From contig JAQBVF010000034.1 of the NCBI GenBank assembly GCA_027623675.1, forward strand, positions 1-30,899: 30,899 nucleotides of DNA, read 5' to 3'. Below the pieces are notes generated by a model. It ran no database searches. It had not been told where the DNA came from and saw only the letters and a program-made list of their open reading frames with translations. Positions 27,124 through 30,899 of the stretch are shown here, in pieces; within the stretch, counting starts at the first letter, position 1; every line of letters starts with the position of its first letter. The translations under genes and the position numbers were made by a program. This DNA is from Chloroflexota bacterium (GTDB lineage Bacteria; Chloroflexota; Dehalococcoidia; Lucifugimonadales; UBA3495).

Positions 27124-27987
27124 TCACAAGATATTACCATATTTGATGGCGGTGTCTAGCGATAGACCTGCGGAGAAGTAGCGGCCTGGGGTTACGCCTA
27201 AGGTGCGCCTGAACATGGCTATGAAAGCGCTGGGATTTTCGTAGCCGACGGCTAACGCCACCGTGGTAACCGGTTCACCTTCCGCCAGGCGCATGAGCCC
27301 CTCAAGAAGTCTTGCCTGACGCTGCCAATGCCGGAAGGTCATCCCGGTTTCCGCCGGAAATAGACGGGCCAGGGTTCTGGGGCTGGCTCCGGAGTGCCGT
27401 CCCCACGCTTCGAGGGTGCGCGTGTCGGCCGGGTTCTTTCTGATCGCCGCAGTGATCTGTCTCAGCCGTGAGTCGGTGGGTTCGGGGAGATTGAGCGGCA
27501 CCACCGGCAAACTGCGGACCTCGTCCAGGATCAGGTTCATTATCCGGCCGTCGCGGCCGTTGTAATCGTAGAACTGAGGAGCCTCCGCCGCGCTCAAGAT
27601 CAGTTCGCGCAGCAGAGGGGAAACGCCGACCACACCGCAGGCGGTTGGCATGCCTTCGACCGAGTCTTCTCGAACGTACAAACTACGCATGGAGAATGGG
27701 CCGGCCGACTCGATCTGGTGTCCGGTGCGGGCAGGGATCCAAACACCCCGCTGCTGCGGCACCACCCAGGCGCCCATTTCCGTGGTGACCTTGACCACGC
27801 CGGCGCCGGCGTAGACCAGTTGCGCCCTGCCGTGCCAATGACTCAGAGACTTGTATCCTGGCGGATACTCGGACGACCTCACAACCAACGGGCGGTCGAT
27901 ATCCTCCCCGTAGGAGTCATGTTCGCTGGGCGGAACATTTGGGACTCTTGGTCCGTTTGTCTTGTTTGACGTATTTGTTGGCGTCAT
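27124..27987 (-). CDS. AraC family transcriptional regulator (cupin plus HTH, NimR-like)
   Basis: H.H.RAQLVYA..G, WVVP..RGVWIPA...H, VSPLLRELI, S.RTLARLF..ETGMTF..W, VGYENPSAFIAMFRR.LG.TP..Y. Exact start uncertain. Confidence 0.93.
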   Translation of the reverse strand: MTPTNTSNKTNGPRVPNVPPSEHDSYGEDIDRPLVVRSSEYPPGYKSLSHWHGRAQLVYAGAGVVKVTTEMGAWVVPQQRGVWIPARTGHQIESAGPFSMRSLYVREDSVEGMPTACGVVGVSPLLRELILSAAEAPQFYDYNGRDGRIMNLILDEVRSLPVVPLNLPEPTDSRLRQITAAIRKNPADTRTLEAWGRHSGASPRTLARLFPAETGMTFRHWQRQARLLEGLMRLAEGEPVTTVALAVGYENPSAFIAMFRRTLGVTPGRYFSAGLSLDTAIKYGNIL

Positions 27988-28106
27988 GCCGACAGATTGT
28001 ACTCTCGGTTATGGATATACTCAACGCGAGAAATTGCCACCGGAGATTCACGATCTCCCAAACCCGATCAAACCCATTCATCAAACCCATCAAGTGAGGA
28101 ACAGTG

Positions 28107-29342
28107 ATGGCTGCTTCTGAAATCACCTCCGGCGAAGCCAAAGATATACGGTTGACGGCGCGGGTGATGGTGACCGCTTTGGCCACCGGCCACGTGGCGT
28201 TCCACTGGATACTGCAGAGTTTCGTAGTGGTGCTGCCCGAGATTCAGCGCACCTTCGGCCTGAATGGCGTGGGCGTGGGCGGGATCCTGACCATGCGCGA
28301 GTTGGCCTCTGGCTTGGTAACGCTGCCCGGCGGGGTGGTGGTCGATATGCTGCGGAAGTGGTGGGGCTTGCTGCTCGCCGCCTGCGTGGCGGCGTCGGGG
28401 CTGGGGTCGCTGCTGATGGGCATATCTCCGGTATATCCTCTGCTCCTGGCGGGAGTGGCGGTGGTGGCTATCTCCCACTCGCTGTGGCACCTGCCCGCAT
28501 CGGCGTCACTGTCGCACCACTTCGCCGACCGCCGGGGTGTCATGCTGTCATTCCACGGCGTCGGCGGCAGCGTGGGCGATGTCGCCGGGCCGTTGATCAC
28601 CGGGGCGCTGTTGGTGGTATTGGGCTGGCGCGGGATCCTGAGCATCTATGCCATCGCCCCGTTCTTCATGGGCTTCATGGCGGTCTGGGCCTTCAAGAAC
28701 ATCGGAGACGTGAAAGAGGGAGATGCCGACACGGCGGGACTGGCCGCTCGGTTGGCCATGGCCAAGGCGCTGTTCAAAAGTCCCCTGTTATGGGGCATAA
28801 CCCTGGTGCGTGGACTGCGCTCCATGGCCCTGGTGGCCCTGGTGACCCTGCTGCCCCTGTACCTGGGCAACGACCTGGGACTCAGCCCCTTCAACCGGGG
28901 GTTCCACATCGGACTGCTGATCGCCATCGGGCTGGTGGCCAAGCCGGTGGCTGGGATGCTGTCAGACAGGCTGGGCCGCAAGAAAGTGTTGGTGCCAGGG
29001 TTGGTCTGGTCCTGTGTGCTGGCGGTCATGCTGATCGTTTTTGATGATGGGATAAGCCTGACCATCACCATAGCTTTGCTGGGACTTTTCTTGTACCCGG
29101 ACCAACCGATCCTCACGGCGGCCCTTTTCGACGTGGTCGGCCGGGAGGTGGCGACCACCGGGCTGGGCGTGGTGGCCTTCACCAGCTTCTTGATGGCGGC
29201 CGTGTCGCCGTTGATCGCCGGGGCCATCTACGAATCTTCCGGGTTTGCCGCCGGACTCTATTACATAGCGACGCTCTTTGGCGTGTCGGCCGTGGTTTTC
29301 GCCTTGCTGCCGCTATCCCAGCGGATCAGCGTCCGGCCGTAG
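28107..29342 (+). CDS. MFS transporter (Fsr-like), divergent from the AraC gene
   Basis: GH...H N-terminus, WHLPA, RRG...SFHG.GG.VG, GMLSDRLGRK, about 12 hydrophobic segments; GAGGA RBS. GTG 28104 is an alternative start. Confidence 0.9.
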   Translation: MAASEITSGEAKDIRLTARVMVTALATGHVAFHWILQSFVVVLPEIQRTFGLNGVGVGGILTMRELASGLVTLPGGVVVDMLRKWWGLLLAACVAASGLGSLLMGISPVYPLLLAGVAVVAISHSLWHLPASASLSHHFADRRGVMLSFHGVGGSVGDVAGPLITGALLVVLGWRGILSIYAIAPFFMGFMAVWAFKNIGDVKEGDADTAGLAARLAMAKALFKSPLLWGITLVRGLRSMALVALVTLLPLYLGNDLGLSPFNRGFHIGLLIAIGLVAKPVAGMLSDRLGRKKVLVPGLVWSCVLAVMLIVFDDGISLTITIALLGLFLYPDQPILTAALFDVVGREVATTGLGVVAFTSFLMAAVSPLIAGAIYESSGFAAGLYYIATLFGVSAVVFALLPLSQRISVRP

Positions 29343-29376
29343 CCAAGGTTTCTCGACCAAGCTTTATGAAATGAAA

Positions 29377-29404
29377 CGCCCCGGTCCACTAGGGACCGGG
29401 GGCG
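29377..29404 (-). terminator. Intrinsic terminator downstream of the small ORF
   Basis: Minus strand: CGCCCCCGGTCC-CTAGT-GGACCGGGGCG followed by TTTCATTT. Confidence 0.7.
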
Positions 29405-29491
29405 CCGGTTGGGAGGGAGACGCATCTTACGGCCCGGGCCGGTTGATATCGCGAGACATCGCCCGGGGGCGTGCCTGGCAGCGCTATCTGC

Positions 29492-29641
29492 TCAGGCGGC
29501 CTTCTTCATCTCCAGGTCCTTCTTTTCCGTCGAGAAATGCTCGGCACAGAGTTCGACCACCGTGCCTGGGGCGATGGCCAAAGCCTGATGTACCGGGCGC
29601 TTGCAGCCAATCATCGCGCAATGGCCCTTGGCACTTGCCAT
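29492..29641 (-). CDS. 49-aa small protein with a putative C-x4-C-x18-C-x2-H zinc-binding motif
   Basis: MASAKGHCAMIGCKRPVHQALAIAPGTVVELCAEHFSTEKKDLEMKKAA; GGAGG 7 nt upstream of ATG; terminator downstream. Confidence 0.7.
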   Translation of the reverse strand: MASAKGHCAMIGCKRPVHQALAIAPGTVVELCAEHFSTEKKDLEMKKAA

Positions 29642-29882
29642 GTTGGCGCCTCCGTTCAACCGAACCCTTATCAATCTAGATGCCACGGATCTAGTTTAGG
29701 TTCGGGAGAGGCAGACCCCTAGGGTTGAATGGGCCGCGTTCAACGGGCCGATCGGCCCAAATCTCCGGTTGAATCTCTGGCCAGGTCTATCAAGCGCGGC
29801 GCGGGCCTTTAACGGCGAAAGGCCCGTTGGCCGCAGGGTCAGAGCGGCTAATGGGCCTTACCGGGCGCTGGAAAATGACCGG

Positions 29883-30728
29883 TTAAGAGATCAGCTTCGC
29901 GCACTCATCGATGAGAGGGGTAACCTCTGCCCGCTCCTGGGATGGCAGGGTGAATATCACACGGTCGACCCCGGCGTCGCGCATCCGGCCGATCAGGTCG
30001 GGGTCGGGACGCAGGCCAAAGCTGGTGATGTTCAGAGAGTCCGGGTCACGGCCGGCTTCTTCGGCTTGGCGCTTCAGCAACACGATCTTCTCGGCCAGGC
30101 TCGCCCCGCCGGAACCACGGCTGCCGATGGGCATCCAGCCGTCGCAATACTCCACCACCCGGTCAAAGGTAGTGGGGCCGTCCCCACCCATGAGTATCGG
30201 GGGATGGGGCCGTTGGACCGGCTTGGGGTAGGCCCACATCTTGTCGAAGTTCACGTAGTCGCCGTGGAACTCGGCCTCATCCTTGGTCCAGATCTCCTTC
30301 ATGGCCAATATGTTCTCCCGAAGGATGCGCCAGCGGCGTTTGTAATTGGTGCCGTGGTTCCGCATCTCCTCGGCGTTCCAGCCACCGCCCACACCGAAGA
30401 TGAACCGTCCGCGGGAGAGCATGTCCAGGCTGGCGATCTCCTTGGCGGTGGTGATGGGGTCGCGCTCGATCATGAGACAGATGCCGGTGCCCAATTTGAG
30501 GTCCTTTGTCGCCCCGGCTGCGGCGGTCAGCGCCACGAACGGGTCATAGGTGTGCCAATAGTCCTTGGGCAGGTCGGGGCCGCCGGGCCAGGGGCTGGTG
30601 CGCTCGGCTGGTATGTGGGTGTGTTCCGGGACCCACATGGACTCGAAGCCCCGGTCCTCCAGCATCTTGGCCAGGTCGTCGGGCCGGATGGAGTAATCCG
30701 TTGAGAACATCATTGCGCCGAAATCCAT
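29883..30728 (-). CDS. LLM-class, probably F420-dependent oxidoreductase (Rv2161c-like)
   Basis: E.RGFES.WVPEHTHIP, DPFVAL.AAA..T..L.LGTGICL...RDPI..AKE.ASLD.LS.GR..FGVG.GWN.EEM, PKPVQ.PHPPI. ATG 30728 follows GAGGT. Confidence 0.92.
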   Translation of the reverse strand: MDFGAMMFSTDYSIRPDDLAKMLEDRGFESMWVPEHTHIPAERTSPWPGGPDLPKDYWHTYDPFVALTAAAGATKDLKLGTGICLMIERDPITTAKEIASLDMLSRGRFIFGVGGGWNAEEMRNHGTNYKRRWRILRENILAMKEIWTKDEAEFHGDYVNFDKMWAYPKPVQRPHPPILMGGDGPTTFDRVVEYCDGWMPIGSRGSGGASLAEKIVLLKRQAEEAGRDPDSLNITSFGLRPDPDLIGRMRDAGVDRVIFTLPSQERAEVTPLIDECAKLIS

Positions 30729-30899
30729 GGTTACCTCGCTTACACCGGATGAAGTATCGGGGATGGGGCAGCCACCCATAAAAGTGCGGCTAGTATAGCA
30801 CCGAAATCGCGGGCGGCAGGCAAGAGAGCCCACCTCCGCCAGGGCAATCGCGTCTTATGCATAATTTTAGATTTGTATAAAATAGAGGCTGTCAAGGCG

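Noticed and set aside
27955..27995. Possible AraC-binding site overlapping the annotated AraC start (TTGGCGTCATGCCGACA)
   Set aside because: A single weak instance that cannot be supported without comparative data.
198..30781. Many long antisense or alternative-frame ORFs (e.g. 198-1598 -, 9180-10208 -, 10825-11835 +, 18022-19122 -, 25690-26790 +, 29769-30704 +)
   Set aside because: They shadow well-supported genes, carry no recognisable motifs, and are expected in high-GC DNA with strong codon bias.

Overview
GC-rich bacterial window with about 28 protein-coding genes, mostly catabolic or accessory. It encodes a thiolase, a family III CoA-transferase, two CMD/AhpD-like proteins, a tandem-domain USP, several oxidoreductases, an M20 amidohydrolase, a divergent MqnA-like protein, a DUF1800-DUF1501-NHL operon, a ComDE-like ThDP enzyme pair, three MFS transporters, two luciferase-like monooxygenases, a hotdog-fold pair, a frameshifted acyl-CoA dehydrogenase, an AraC regulator and a 49-aa Cys/His microprotein. 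This gene mix suggests Chloroflexota (Dehalococcoidia/SAR202-like), which is inference only. The most striking element is a minus-strand ECF sigma/ZAS anti-sigma module (20491-24527). The same TTTGATCC-N14/15-TACGTA promoter motif precedes the apparently leaderless sigma gene and a large modular Cys/His-rich lipoprotein gene. That lipoprotein ORF ends at a TGA that is in frame with a downstream signal-less DNRLRE-type domain, and a SECIS-like hairpin starts 1 nt after the TGA. This is a candidate for selenocysteine insertion or programmed readthrough, with a nonsense mutation or gene fission as alternatives. No rRNA, tRNA, CRISPR array or transposase was seen. All family calls come from motif recognition, not database searches.
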